Source: Lytechinus pictus
Lineage: Eukaryota
Direction: 5' to 3'
DNA: 64,000 nucleotides
NCBI RefSeq assembly: GCF_037042905.1
Contig: NC_087250.1
Location: forward strand, 13,642,001 to 13,706,000
This document shows, piece after piece, positions 31,121-62,031 of the stretch. The position numbers were made by a program, and so were the translations under genes. The notes under the pieces are model-generated. The model searched no databases and was not told the DNA's origin. It was given only the letters and a program-made list of their open reading frames with translations. Numbering within the stretch: position 1 is the first letter of the stretch; each line of letters starts with the position of its first letter.

Positions 31121-34100
31121 TACTACCCCTGACTATATCTTATACTATTACCCTTTGGTATGGTGTCTTTATAAATTGTCTTTTGCTTTCGGATGTCTTC
31201 CGTCACTCAAAAACTGTACAACTTTGGCAAATATTTGGCAGCTACTCCAAGCAAATCAGACAGTGAGTGTTGTTACTAACATACATGTTTCAATACACTT
31301 GTTTACCAACATATTATGCTTATGCATTAAGACCATTAAGTGTGTCACTTTTCTGGAAAGTAGAGACCATTAGGATATTTCAATGGTTCAAGTAAATAAG
31401 TTACTTTAGTTGTGTCCAGTGAATATTCATTATTTGCAATAATCGAATTTTAAGTGATGATGTACGTAATAAAAATCAATGTTTCATTTAATTAAATATT
31501 AATATACATTTATGAATATCTTTATATTGCAAGTTATATTCTGGATGTGACAAAGCTAATGAAAAATGTGTGACTTTTCAGAGTTCAAGAACAAAAACTT
31601 GCATTTCTCATTAATATTCCAAACTAGGATAAATGGTTTACATACATACACATGTACCGGTAATTCATTATAAATTAATGGATATTCATACCTTCAAAGG
31701 TTAACAATTATACTTATGAATATTCATTACTACCCTCATAGCTCAATGATACAAACATGTACATGTAATTCTAATGAATATTCATCAATAGCTCAATCTT
31801 GAATACACTACGTCGGAGGACCTTTACACGTCAATAGTTTAATTCTCTGCTTTTTACAAGGTGGAATAAGACAGCTTTAAATATTCAAGCACAGACATGA
31901 TTCAGCGCGTTAGATAAACATAACATCAATTTATATTTATACACAATATTAGCATAATTCCATATGTACAAATTTGAAAATTTATAGTCTCCTTTCACTG
32001 TGAATATAAGAACTTATAGAGCGATTGTAAATTGTGTAAAATTATTTCTACATCTGTGTTTCATTCAAGAAAAGTGTTGGGCATCCTCTACTCATGATAA
32101 TATGCATACATGTACAACTTTTTCCCCAAAATATGCCAATGCCGGAATCCTGAGCGTTATTTTCAAAGCAATTCCAGCGACAGTTCCCATGTTTGAATTC
32201 ATATCAATATCGGCTCAAGCACCGCTAAAAATCAAAAGGAGATGTAATCAGAAAAATCTACTTGGATAGATGGCCTCTGCAGGTCAAAGGTCAAGTTTTG
32301 CTTTTAAGAAATAATTTGACACTGCATTCAGTGAACTTATATATCATCTTGAATATAATACACTCTTTTTCCCCCTTTGGCATCAGGAAACGCATAATAC
32401 TTTTATTTTTTATTTTTTATTTACACATCTTTGTTACTTTCATACACATTTAATACACACATGCAGATCTACAACATATTTTGTGGCTAAATATAATAAT
32501 GACAATATATGATAATATACAGTATATTTATATCTTTAAAGGAAGAGGAATGCATCAGTTAAATTCTAATAAATACTTTACAAAAAAAAAAACAATCTTA
32601 ATATTTATGTACATAACTCTAAATAATATCCATATATGTCTAAAGCATTTGAATTTAATACACATGAGTACCCATGAGCAGTTGCATGATAAAAGTAAAA
32701 GAAAGACATTCAAGTTCTTCAAGACAGTATTTTCTAACAAAGAAACATAATCAATGCTTATGGTACAGCTGCAGACATTCAATAAAGATTAAGATGGATT
32801 TCATGCAACACTTTTGGTAGCCTATGAAAGAGGCGGAGGCTGAAGCTTTTGTCTTTGATTTTACAAATCTGATGCTGTGACACAAATTGTAAGCAATACG
32901 TATAATGTTGAAGACCGCCTATACACTCTGGTCTTGCGTTAGTTGTTGTTGCTTTTATCGACAAATGTCCGGCGGCAGTTTTTCATTGCGAAAAACATGC
33001 AGCGAATCCTAGTCCATAAAAAAAAATAAAAACTTGTGCAAGAACAGAGTGTATAGGCGGTGACTGTTTCAGCCATGTCCGCAGTCTTCCACATAAGACG
33101 TATCTATCGCCGACGTTTCACCTCACAGCATCACTCATAAAGGCAATGACAAAAGCGGCAGCCAATGCTGAGATTATCTCTTAGGATGAATTCGTCTAGG
33201 GTTTTTTTATAAGTAACATTGTTCGAGTTTTAAATTAGAAAAAGATCAACTTGAAGCCTTTAAAGCAAACAGAGTCTAATAATATATTTTAAATCTTTGA
33301 GTGAGTGCTTTTAGTTCTGCCACTCCAAAATTTGGAAAAAGTCTGCTCAAGGGAATAAGAAAAGCCTATATCATTCGTCTTCTTTATATCTTTGTTGAAG
33401 AACTTTCCCATGACTGATTTTTTCCATTAATGATTTCTAAAGTCTTGATTGTCAATACCAGGGGTTCTCAATAAGTTTTGTTGAAGTGCCGTATTTGTTA
33501 TCAAAACTCAACAGCAGCACTATCCAAGAAATGTTTTGACTCAGCTTGGATTAAAGGGACCTGCTAAAAAGCCCCTGGCAGGGGAAGAGGGCTGGAGCCC
33601 CTAACCACCCCATTGTTCCACACCACATTATATCCAGAACATGGTGGTAATTCATTATCTCCCTAACAAGGGAATTATCCATGACCAAAATTACCATATT
33701 CGTAATTAGATCAAACAAGGTACAGGATTATAGATAACTATTACAGATTTTTTTTTTTAAGGTGAAGCGAGCGAAGCTTGATTGATCACACATGCACATG
33801 GTATAATCAATATATCATAAACTTCATGCACACTTTCTTATATGGTAAAGCATTAATATGAATTAATTTCAGCCATGCATATGCTTTCCTGTTCTACACA
33901 AGTCAATCTTTATGACTGACAGCATTGGTTTGCTGACTGCTATTTCTTATAATGTAAATATTCTAATGAATTCATTAATATGGATTCATTTCAGCCATGC
34001 ATACGCTTTCCTGCTCTACACAAGTCTATATATATGACTGACAGCATTGGCTTGCTGGAGTACTAAAGACTACCCCTTTGCCATCATGGATGGCACTGTT

Positions 34101-34242
34101 TCATGAAGCTGAATTTCTCTAATATGCTCTTGGCCAATTAGATTGCAGGATTTTAGTAGCTTATAACAGCAGCATACTCTGATGAATTTGTGAAACAGGG
34201 TCCAGTAGCATACCATAGGTGATTGCACAGCGAGTTTCTCTC

Positions 34243-51626
<17,384 letters not shown>

Positions 51627-52353
51627 CTTGAATTAGGGTGTGTCTATCAACAATCAAATATTGTAAAATAATTTTAATGAAAGATAAAGTGATCAACAAA
51701 ATCTTACTTTCCATCACAAAATGCTAGATTATGATGGTATTTTTGCAAGTTAAATCTGCCGGCAAAAAATGGCTAGTGGCAATTTGCTCAAAGTTGGCTG
51801 CCTGCATTGCCATTGGCCAGATACTCTGCTCTGCCTCTCTCATCAGCTCATGTGTCACCCAGGGGGGGGGGGGAGTCAAATGTATTGCTGTACACATGCG
51901 TGACCAAATTATTTCCAAACACCCCCTAAACAATTTTTTCTGTGTGTGCAAAATAAACAAATTATTAGCATGTTTAGTGGGCTTTATTTACACAGTCTGG
52001 CTCCTAAATAAGTTATCGGCAGAACATGACCCAAGGTAACTAAAAAGCTTGGCCCAAGCCTTGGGGAAAAACATACCCTAAACACATTTACCTAGTCTTA
52101 AAAAAAAAGCTTTGGAAAAAATTCCCTCAACTCTAAATGTTTGACCCCGTGATTGACCATTGACCAGTCTTTAAAAACCAACCTTTTTTTGGTAAATCAG
52201 TGTTTTTGATACCCTTAACAAGTGCATGCGCGGCCCGCGGCCAAAACTGAAAAAAAAAACACCCCTTTAAACACGTTTTTGGGGTCACGGCTCACATATG
52301 TGTGCTTCTGGGCTCCGGCCCGCGCTCTCTGGGTTAGTAGACCTAGCATGCCT

Positions 52354-52836
52354 AGAGAGTACAAATCATAAGTTTACTAACTTATGCTTACTCTCAACGG
52401 AGCCAGGAATTGCTTCCCATTCATCTGCGTGTACCGCCAAAAAAAAATTCGCCCCCAAAATTTCTACTTTCCTTCTAAAAGATCTAGCCTTAAATCATGT
52501 ACATGGTATACAACTTCATTTCCGACATTTCTCTAAGATATTGATTTCATTACAAAAATTCATTCAAAAATGAGAAAAATGTTATGAAAAGACGGGGAAA
52601 ACTTGCCACCGTGTTTACATCGCTTTTTTGATTTCATTGTCTTTCGCTTGCCCTTGGCTACAGCACGCAAATCGCGCGATTTAGTTAGAAGAAAAGTATA
52701 AATATTGGGGGCGAAAGTTTTTTGTTTGGCGGTACCGGTACACGCAGATGAATGGGAAGCAATTCCTGGCTCCGTTGAGACTGAGAGCAGGAGAGTAAGC
52801 ATGGTAAGCATACATTAGTAAATGACTTTTACTCTC
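52354..52836. mobile_element. Fold-back MITE in the putative KIF17 5' UTR intron
   Basis: CTCAACGGAGCCAGGAATTGCTTCCCATTCATCTGCGTGTACCG and its reverse complement near 52735-52779; arms extend imperfectly outward. Confidence 0.8.
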
Positions 52837-53097
52837 GAGCTCTCTAGTAGGAGCCTCCTGGCTAGACGCAGGGCTGGCAAACAGTCCATGACTCACGAGA
52901 CGAGTCGCGCCGGCCGAGGCTAGCTGAGCTGCGGAGCGCAAGATCGATGTCGATGAGAACGGGAGCCTGCCATCATGGCATGCCACTGCCAGCGCGGCGC
53001 GCCGCCGCACAATGCAGCGCAGCAGTGCAGTGCTGCCGGGGTACACCGGTACCGTAGGCCGGTATTTCGCAAATAGGGTCAGTCTACCGTACGTTAC

Positions 53098-53330
53098 CTT
53101 ACGCTCAGTTAAATGTTGATTTCTTTCACATCAAGCACTCATATCTCGCCTTAAATGACACTCCGAAACCAGTATTTCCGTAATATTTCAAAAGTTATTC
53201 ATTTTCGAGGATTAAACAGTAAACAGCCACTAGTCTGGTTTCGTAAACACCAATTACGGTACACTCGGTGATAAGCAAAACATATAGGTTTGACATTTCG
53301 CTCGTACTTCTCGATAAGATATGTGCGTTG
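53098..53330 (-). other. KIF17: Probable 5' non-coding first exon of KIF17 (5' end approximate)
   Basis: Donor AAG|gtaacg at 53098/53097 next to a CpG-rich stretch (52840-53100); coding exon 1 has an acceptor just upstream of the ATG. Confidence 0.5.
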
Positions 53331-53420
53331 AATTGCCTGCATTACGGGTCACGTAAATATAAAATACCAGCGAAAATTCATGACGTCATTATGCAATCTT
53401 TTGCCAACTTTTTTTCATTT
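53330..53420. promoter_or_regulatory. Putative KIF17 promoter with CRE palindrome TGACGTCA
   Basis: TGACGTCA at 53381-53388 between the putative first exon and the tRNA gene. Confidence 0.35.
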
Positions 53421-53608
53421 TTATGACAATTTTCGCCAAAATTCATAGAATGCACCGAAAATAAGTCATTGAAAACGTTAACCTTAATTTTTGATAAGTG
53501 GGAAAATTGCTTAGGACGACAATATAATCATAGAATGAAAAGATTTCACGACAAACATGGATTGAAAAAAAAAGGATTTAATGTGTTGTACACCCATTTG
53601 AATGGAGC

Positions 53609-53681
53609 GGCCCTGTGGCCCAATGGATAAGGCATCTGACTACGAATCAGGGGATTCCAGGTTCGAGTCCTGGCAGGGTCG
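53609..53681 (+). tRNA. tRNA-Arg (anticodon ACG)
   Basis: 73-nt cloverleaf GGCCCTG...CAGGGTCG, anticodon arm TCTGA-CT-ACG-AA-TCAGG, T-loop GGTTCGAGTCC, poly-T Pol III terminator immediately after. Confidence 0.96.
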
Positions 53682-54039
53682 AATTTTTTTTTTTTTTAAA
53701 CATTTATTATGTACAGAATGCTCTTGAATTCTCCCATAGAACTATCAAAACCCATGATCCATAATTTTCAACGAAGATTGAAGAATGAAATTCTCCTGCC
53801 ATGCATACCACGCCATTGATTGATTGATTCATTCATTCATTGACTGATTGACAACTAAAGTTTTTTTCATTGATATTAAATGAAATCAGTAGGCCTATAG
53901 AGGCTTGATAATTACCTTCGAAAGACTATACGTGATATCTCCAATAAAGACCTTCCCCGATACTGATATACACACTACATGACTGCATACATTATTTGAA
54001 TTCACTCTCGTAAAGTAAAGCCAAGATATGGAGGGAGGG

Positions 54040-54330
54040 CACTAGCGTACCTAAGGGGGGGGGCAGATTGCCCCCCTGACGAGTCACAACTCATGCAAAG
54101 GACGTACCCCTGCCCCCCCCTGACGAGTCACAACTGATCCCTGACGAGCCACAAGTGGCCCCCTCTTTTGAACTTGAAGACCTTTTTTTTTTTTTTTTTT
54201 TTTTGCTTGTCAATTTTATTTCTGGTACGAAATCCTTTATTTGTGGTTGAAGACCTTTTTTTTTTGCTTGTCAAATTTTTTGGCGGACGAATTTGCCCCC
54301 CCCCCTTGGAAAATCCTGGGTACGCCACTG
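54040..54330. mobile_element. hAT-type MITE, 8-bp TSD
   Basis: CACTAGCGTACC / GGTACGCCACTG, TSD AGGGAGGG. Confidence 0.8.
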
Positions 54331-54506
54331 AGGGAGGGGGAGAACAGGATCAAACCCGGGGGGGGGGGGGGTACTCACGAAATAAGGCATACGGGAAGTG
54401 CCTCTGGAATGGGGGGAATGGGTCGCTTTTTTGGAAGAAATCCGTAAACATGGGTATGGTTTTATGCTGGAAAATCCCTAAACATGGCCGCAAATTTTAG
54501 ATACTG

Positions 54507-54748
54507 CACTGTAAAAACTGTGGTGTTAAAACTGACACCAGTTGGTGTTAATAGAGGACCACACCCTGAGGTGTTAAAACTACACCCTAGAGATTGAACA
54601 TCAGTAACACCAAAGAGTGTAAATATAACAACCAAAGGTGTTGTAATAACACCTATGGGTGTAAAACTAACACCACCAATTTAACACCGGTGTAAAACAA
54701 CTGGTGTGGTCCTCTATGTACACCGGTTAACACCACAGTTTTTGCTGT
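54507..54748. mobile_element. CACT-terminated MITE with AACACC subterminal repeats (EnSpm/CACTA-like)
   Basis: CACTGTAAAAACTGTGGTGTTAA / TTAACACCACAGTTTTTGCTGT. Confidence 0.65.
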
Positions 54749-57700
54749 CTGGCCATTCTCCTCCAATTTTGGGTGATATAACCCTTTTTTTAACCATCAG
54801 CCGCACACCCCCGGCAAACCAAATCTAAGTACCCCCCCCCCCCTCCCCCGGGGAACGAATCCAGGCAGGGTATGTCCTCTATGTCACCCATTAAATTACA
54901 AAATCTAAGAAAATTGTCACTTTCGATCATTTATCATGAAAACAATGATGATGAACAAGAAATGCATATATTTTCATAAGCAACTTCAAACTGTTATCTT
55001 CATCGATGATCATATTGACATTATTAATACTTCAATATCGGCAAGTCACCGTCTTTAGAAAAGAATAAAAAAAAACAATATTTTTTTCTTTGTGAAATTT
55101 TTAATGGATAAACATCAGATAGGATGTAAAATGTACTTTTGTATTTCGAATATTTATGTGTTTCGTGTTAAATTTCCATGTTGGAATTGGTAAAAATGGA
55201 CATTCTACTAAGGTTTCATTCCACATGATTTAATTAATCTAAGTATCTGAGAGAATAGCACTATCATATATATCAAAATAAAACAGCTGTGGATATGGGA
55301 AAGTGGTGAATAAATATCCTTGATTTACAGAAAAACACAAAAAGTGGATTTCGCTCCTTTTTGTGAATAAAACTCTTCATATAGAGAAGTGGTGCACATG
55401 AAAGTATTTATAATCAAAATAATGCAAATTATGAAATTAATCTTGTGCGCTTATTTTGCATAGGCCTATCATATTTTGAAGGTGGGTGCATATGGAATCA
55501 TAGTTCTCCTTACACGAGGCATCTTTTATAATAATTATATGCATATCATAATTATTTTGATTTAGAAAATGTTATTATATGGCCAGTTCAACAAAGTGCA
55601 CTATATGGGAGAGGTCTCGTTGTACGAGGCATTTTTTTTTTTTTGGGGGGGGGCTACTTTTCATAACTTACTGCCTACATTTGTAAGATTTGATAAGCTT
55701 TAACATTGCAACGAATGGGGATTTCCAGGGCTACTTTTTAAAATCATTATTTCAAGGGCTCTTTTTAGCATTTCGGGGACTAGCTATTATAAATCGCCCC
55801 TATTCAGCCAACGTGTACTTTCTTCTCTGCCTTGTGCGAACATGAAAGAGACAGCTTATGTCTGGAGTAAATAGGGATTTTACCATGTTACAGTTTTACT
55901 TTGCTTAACTAAAATTCAACCCCAAATATGTCCCGGTGGGGGCACAATTTTATTCATTTATATTTTTTTCCATCGCAGTGAATCTGTAGAAAAAAGACAC
56001 TTCCCTGTCTTGCATTTGACAAGAGCTGGCGCTAATCCAAAATGCACAATGCACACGAGATCAATCAGCTGTGTGAATTGTACATTCGACAACAACACAC
56101 GGCTAGCTAGCTACTACTACTATACTGCGTGTAATAATACGATAATTGTGATATCTTCCGCATCTCTTGCCCACTTGATAGTTGAAGCGAGATCGAGCAG
56201 TAAATCGTCATGGAATTTCCTTTCTTCGCCAAAAACAAAGTAAGAGCGAGTTGAAATATATTTGTCATGTCTTTGATGATATCTTTGCGGCCTCCTTTTC
56301 CAAGAAAATGATATTGAAAAATGAGAGCGGATGATATTTTGTTTGATTGAGAAGTGCGAGATGCAAGAGATTCGCGAGTCAAGTGAACATGCACTCACAA
56401 TCACAAAAGATCCGCTGCATGCGACAGCCGGTGATTTTACCCATGTGTTTTTTGAATACATGTTTCAAATAATCGTGATATCTTGTATTCATGTGTGTGC
56501 TTAGATATTGCCTATGCTGGAAATCGTAATGGCCTGTGGTGTTGACATGGTGTCTGGTGTGTTGTTGATCGTTTGTGATTGTGGATTGTGGAGTTGGAAA
56601 CAAATTTTTTAATGATTATCTCACCTTTTCATGTTTTATTCTTGTTAGACTATAGGATCTATTTATTAAAGGGGAAGTTCACCCTGGCTGAAGTCAAGAA
56701 AGATTAGACAGCTGGCAGCCGTCTGTTTCGAGGAGTTTTTAAACATTTTTAATTTTTTAATTTCTCCTCGTACACAGACGGCTCGCTATCGTGCAGCCAC
56801 CATTAGGGGGTTAACAACGCAAAATCCCCCGACGGGGGTCATCGATTTTTGTCTTTATTTCATAAAAATATATAAAAAGAACTGTACCAAAATAAAGATT
56901 ATCATTTTGTTTTGGCCTGAAATGCACCAAAACGGGGAAAATAAACTTAAAAGGGTAAAAAACAGTGACTTACTTCGGAATTCAGCTGTCGCGCAACTTC
57001 ACTTTCTTGTTTTATCCAAACTTAATACATAAACATATATGGCCATCGAGTCCCTGTACAAATCGAGCTAGAACTTCGGTTTCTGTATATGGTGGGTGGA
57101 GCCAACGGAGTTCAGCGGAACAACCAACATAACAGAGACCGAAGCTTTTGGTCTTAACCTTGAACCTTGAATAGTAATCCCTTTCAGCAGCTTCAAAGCT
57201 ATCCCGTGATGAAAACATTCTGTGTAAAGAAAGATTTGATGTAAAAATATCAGAAAAAAATAATATTGGACTGGTGACGTGAAGGTTTGACATGAGAAAA
57301 ATTCAAAGATTAATTATTAATAAAGAATATTTAGCAAGGCTTCACACTGACTAATTTTTTTCTTGGTGGCCAGATCGGTCAACCAAACTCATCAATTTCA
57401 TTTTTTCAGTGGCTCACAAAGCAAATTTGGTGGCCCTAAAACAATACAAAACATTACGATTTATCAAAACTTTGGTAGCCCAACCGGGCCACTAAGTGTT
57501 GGCTTTGAAGAATATTGGTGGCCCAACTCTCATTTTTTGGTTGCCCCGGGCCACTGCTAATGTCGAGCCCCGTTATTAGAATTAATAGGTCTTTGCTTTG
57601 ATATGTGATGTCACATACAAGCAGCTGCCCCATTAATTTCAAGTTTTTTAACGGTTCATGATGTAAAAAAAAAATGCTTTCAAGAGACTTGAATTTAGAT

Positions 57701-58157
57701 GAGTCTACTCAACTGAAGGAACAATAAAAAATAAAAAAATAAATCTTTTTTTTAGGAAAGGAAATTTCATTACCGTAAGTAACGGTGTATTAACCGCACC
57801 CGTGTATTAACCGCACCCCCCATTTTCGGATGGAAAAAAAAAAAAAAAAAAATCATCCAAAAAAAAAAAAAAATTCATCAAAATTTTTTTTTTATCAAAC
57901 TTACTTTCTATCTCTAATATGCGTATTTAAGAAAGAGTCAAGAACCAAAAAAATATCGAAGAATTACTGGTAAAAAATGATGGGATATCAGCGCTTCGTC
58001 ACTTATCTGCAAGTTGCCGACATTATTATACTTCCACACTCACCTCACATACACACATATGGTACCGGTGTTCATTGCAAGTACCGATACCAGCATCAAC
58101 ATGGGGGCTCACCCATACGAGAAGATCGTTCATATCATATTTCCTGCATCACAGCCC

Positions 58158-59380
58158 CACGGGTTTTCGAATCGTAGCCATGGCGTATTTTCCTTCAGCA
58201 AGAAATTTATCCACACTGTGCTGCACTCGACCCAGGTGAGGTGAATGGGTACCCGGCAGGAGTAATTCCTTGCATGCACTGAGCGCCGGTGATGGTAGCT
58301 CGAGCTAAAGCCGGGGTAATAATAGCAGCGCTTTGCAGAGCTGCCAAATAGTAGGATTTTGTCGTATTCCGTACGATTTTTCACTTAAAATACGACACTA
58401 CGATTTTTCTAAATAAAATACGATTTTACGAAAATATAGCTATGTGCATCCGTGTATTATGTGTGTGTATATCTCATTGGCATTACGTACGTAATACCGC
58501 GCTCGTATATAGCGAGCGCGGTATTACGTTGTGTGTGTGCACAACAGGCAAGTACGATGTTCCCAGCGCTAGCGCAGCCATGGCCAATCCAGGACTCATG
58601 TGTGCGCGCGTGCATGCTTATGCATGTACTGTGTGCGAATCTCGCGGCGCTTTATCATCTTTGGTGCGAAGCTAAATTCACTGTGTAGCTACCGGTACGG
58701 TACGGTACTAGCGCGCTGGCCTGGCTGACGATACCGCATGCTCCGGCCGGCCTCGTACTCGTCTTGAGCACCGTCGTCGTTTGTGTCTGTGATCATATTG
58801 TGAACAATGGACAAAGAGAGTTAATTCTGTAATATTCATCATGGCATCGAAAGGATCTGGATCATCACGGAGACAAACATTCCTATCCGAATATACGACT
58901 AGGTGGCCATGCATAGTGGCCAGCAAGAAGAACGATTACACCGCTCGATGTACGGCATGTGCATGTGACTTCTCGATATCGCATGGCGGTGCGAAGGACA
59001 TCAGCTTGCACCTAAGTCGGCAGAAGCATCGACAAGCTGTGGAAGCCATGAAAAACATGACAACACTTGCTACATTTTGGACAAAAACAGATTTTTCTGT
59101 TATCAGAGCGGAGACGCTGATGGCGAATTTTTTTATAGAACATAACTTGCCCTTTGCAACGGCGGATCATTTTACCCAACTTGTTAAGGTCATGTTTCCA
59201 GACAGTAGGATTGCAAAGGAATTCGCATCAAAACGGTATGAATAGGATTTTTTGTCTAAAAATAGGATTTTTGGGGTTAAATAATAGGATTTTTGTTGAA
59301 GTGTGGTTGGCAGCTCTGGCTTTGTATCCTCTGGCAAAAAGCGCTTTATAAATCCAACTATTATTATTATTATTATTATC
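58158..59380 (+). mobile_element. SINE split by a nested hAT element
   Basis: Core at 58170-58335 resumes at 59319 (GCTTTGTATCCTCTGGCAAAAAGCGCTTTATAAAT, (ATT)n). Confidence 0.85.
58336..59318 (+). mobile_element. Internally deleted hAT-superfamily transposon with 6-bp TSD, retaining the transposase N-terminus (ORF 58841-59245)
   Basis: TIR CAGAGCTGCCAA / TTGGCAGCTCTG, TSD GCTTTG; ORF has zinc finger C..C..DFSISHGG..DI..H....KH and AETLMANFFIEHNLPFATADHF...MFPDS.IAK. Confidence 0.9.
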
Positions 59381-59775
59381 TGTACTTTTCCACCCTTTTT
59401 GGCAAAAAAAACCTTACGTGATCATTGATTTCATTGGTCATTCTGTAAGATCAATTATAAAAACTTGACGGTCCCACAATAAATCGCTAGTCTATGTTAC
59501 GAAGACCCAGGGAGTGCATAGATTAGGGAAAAATTACATGGGGTCTTGGACTCTTGGGGCAATTTCACCCCCCCCCAAAAAAAAAATGTTTAAAAGAGCC
59601 AGGGCTGGAAAATAGAAAGAAAGCCCCCCCCCCCTAAAAACACCCCATTCACTGCAATGTTAAAGCTTGTTCAATGTTGGGAGATTTAAGCAATTTTGGG
59701 AAAGTAGCCCCTGAAAATATATACCCCTGTATAAATATTTTTTTTTTTGGGCCTGCCATACATGTAATAGACTTT

Positions 59776-61413
59776 GGGCAATTCCACAGGTTGGTGGACA
59801 TGAGCTTAAAAATTCAAATTCAATATTTTCTTGAATTTTTTAATACTTTAAGTCCTTCATACATGGTAGTTTCAGAAACAAAAAATAAAAAGTTTATTTT
59901 CATATCTATACTTTGGAAAAAAATTGTCAAAAGTTGTGTCTTCCATTCTGTACCAAAATACAAGAAAAATAGTGAAAAATGAAATATGCCTTATTACCAT
60001 TTTGTTATTGCAACAACATACCACTTTATATATTTCTGAAGTTTAGAAGAGTCAAATTACCTAAAATACACAACAGCTTTTCAAGTACATTTGTAGTACT
60101 CATTCAAAAATGAATATTGCAACCTGGTCAGGTGATGTAACGTGAGTAACCGAAAAAACTGACTTTGTTTTCAGAGAGAAAAATTCTTCACAGTTAATTG
60201 GTGGGATTTTAAATTCTCTTCCTTCAAACAATCTTTGACACAGTGATGACTATCAAAATCATTAAAAAGTACAATTTTTTATAAAAATGATGAAGAAAAA
60301 CTGTAACGTGAGTAACTTTGTAATGTGAGTAACCATCATGTAATGTGAGTAACCAGTAAAAATTATGCAGTAAGGTAACATTTTCTGTGGGATGTCAAGT
60401 TTTAAGTCTCATGGTGAGTTGTGAAGTTATTTTTGATTAATTAAAAGCAAAATGAGGGTACACCTCTTTGATGTGACTCTTTGTTCATAAAAATATCAGT
60501 GGTCATACAATCACACACAAAATTGAATATTAGTAGAAGTATTCACAATGCGAGAGAGCAATTGTAAGACTTGGTTTCGATTAACCAAACTTTAAAGAGT
60601 GTTCGAACAACACATTGAATGTCCTTACCTGTAACCCTATCTAGGCTGGGGTATTTTGGGAGTTAATATGCCCGGGGGGGGGGGGGGGGGGTGGGGCCTC
60701 CCAGGCCCCCCTTGAGATCTCGGCCATTGGCTGCACGATCACGCCGAAAATTTGCACGCAGGTTGTCTTGGACATAATCTACAATACTATACAGTAATTT
60801 ACTTCATGCAAATTGGTAATAAGCAATTATGCTAATTTATGCATAATTAGTAAGCAAAATCATACTTTTCCCTCTTACTATCTAATAAAGCTCCAATTGT
60901 TCCAATTTTTTTGTATAAAATCTCTTTTTGATGTTCCTAGCAATGAATTTTACACACATTGAATTTTTAATGACATTTGTGTTGTTAACTATACATGGAC
61001 AAAATGTAACGTGAGTAACCGTAACGTGAGTAACCATATTATCTGCACCCCAAGTAAAAACCATGTGTTCTTTATTTTTTAAATTATGTACAAAGTTAGT
61101 CTCCCTAATATACTTCTTTGAAATGGATATAATCAACTTTCATAAAAGCCTTGTATGTGGAGACTTTTCACTTATGTCGAATTTTCATTTTATGCATGTC
61201 CAAATCATGTAACGTGAGTAACCGACACATTCCAAAGATTTGCCAGGAGCATAATAAAATTTCCCAAGTTTTGTTTTTATACAAAGGATAGTCAGACTGT
61301 GTACTTTGTTGTGATAAGGAGATGTTTAGTTCCTATCAATAATAATGGAGTTACAGCTCCAAGTATGAGTCAAGGTGTCTCCAAATGTAACGTGAGTAAC
61401 CGTGTAATAGCCC
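59776..61413. mobile_element. Harbinger-like non-autonomous element with repeated TGTAACGTGAGTAACC motifs
   Basis: Imperfect TIR GGGCAATTCCACAGG / CCGTGTAATAGCCC; eight same-orientation motif copies. Confidence 0.55.
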
Positions 61414-62031
61414 CTTTGTGATAATAAGCACAACTTAAATCTCCTAGATTTCTTCTTTTCCATTCAATTCTGATGAAGTTTAAAATTTCTCCATGTACAT
61501 GCTTGTTTGATTTTTCCTCAATTCATTCAAATCAAAGGGTAGAATTGACTTAATTCACCATGTACACTCTCTCTATTTCCAAGAATAACAAGCTTCCTAT
61601 TGTAGAGTATTTCCTTTTGAACGGCTCTTGAATTGAATCTCCTGATCCAACCACACACAACACAAATACAGTATGTACACACAAAGTTGACTCTTTCACT
61701 TTCATAACTGTCATCTACACATTAAACAATTAATTAAATATCAAAGCCAGTTGTGATATAATGATAATTTCAATAGAACCCATTAGAATAACCATGACAA
61801 ATTATTTGTCAATTGATTTCTCATGGAAAAACAGTAGTGCTAACTGCAATAAAACATTCCCTTTTAATAAACATGACGATTGATTGTTTCTGTCATGAAT
61901 TTCAACAGTTTTTGGTCAGTCTTATCATCTGCCTTCATAATTGTAGATGTTTGTATTTTTCCAAGAAGTAGAATAAATAAATTGAGAATATGAGAAAATA
62001 TACCGTGTATGAACAGGATAATTTTTGTTAA

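Noticed and set aside
33866..34057. Short tandem duplications (also 11471-11653)
   Set aside because: Ordinary local duplications in non-coding DNA with no further signal
56010..57300. Short ORFs 56107-56603 and 57012-57293
   Set aside because: No recognisable domain or consistent splice structure; probably TE-derived sequence I cannot classify
60136..61401. CRISPR-like recurrence of a 16-bp motif
   Set aside because: Eukaryotic context, highly irregular spacing, no cas genes
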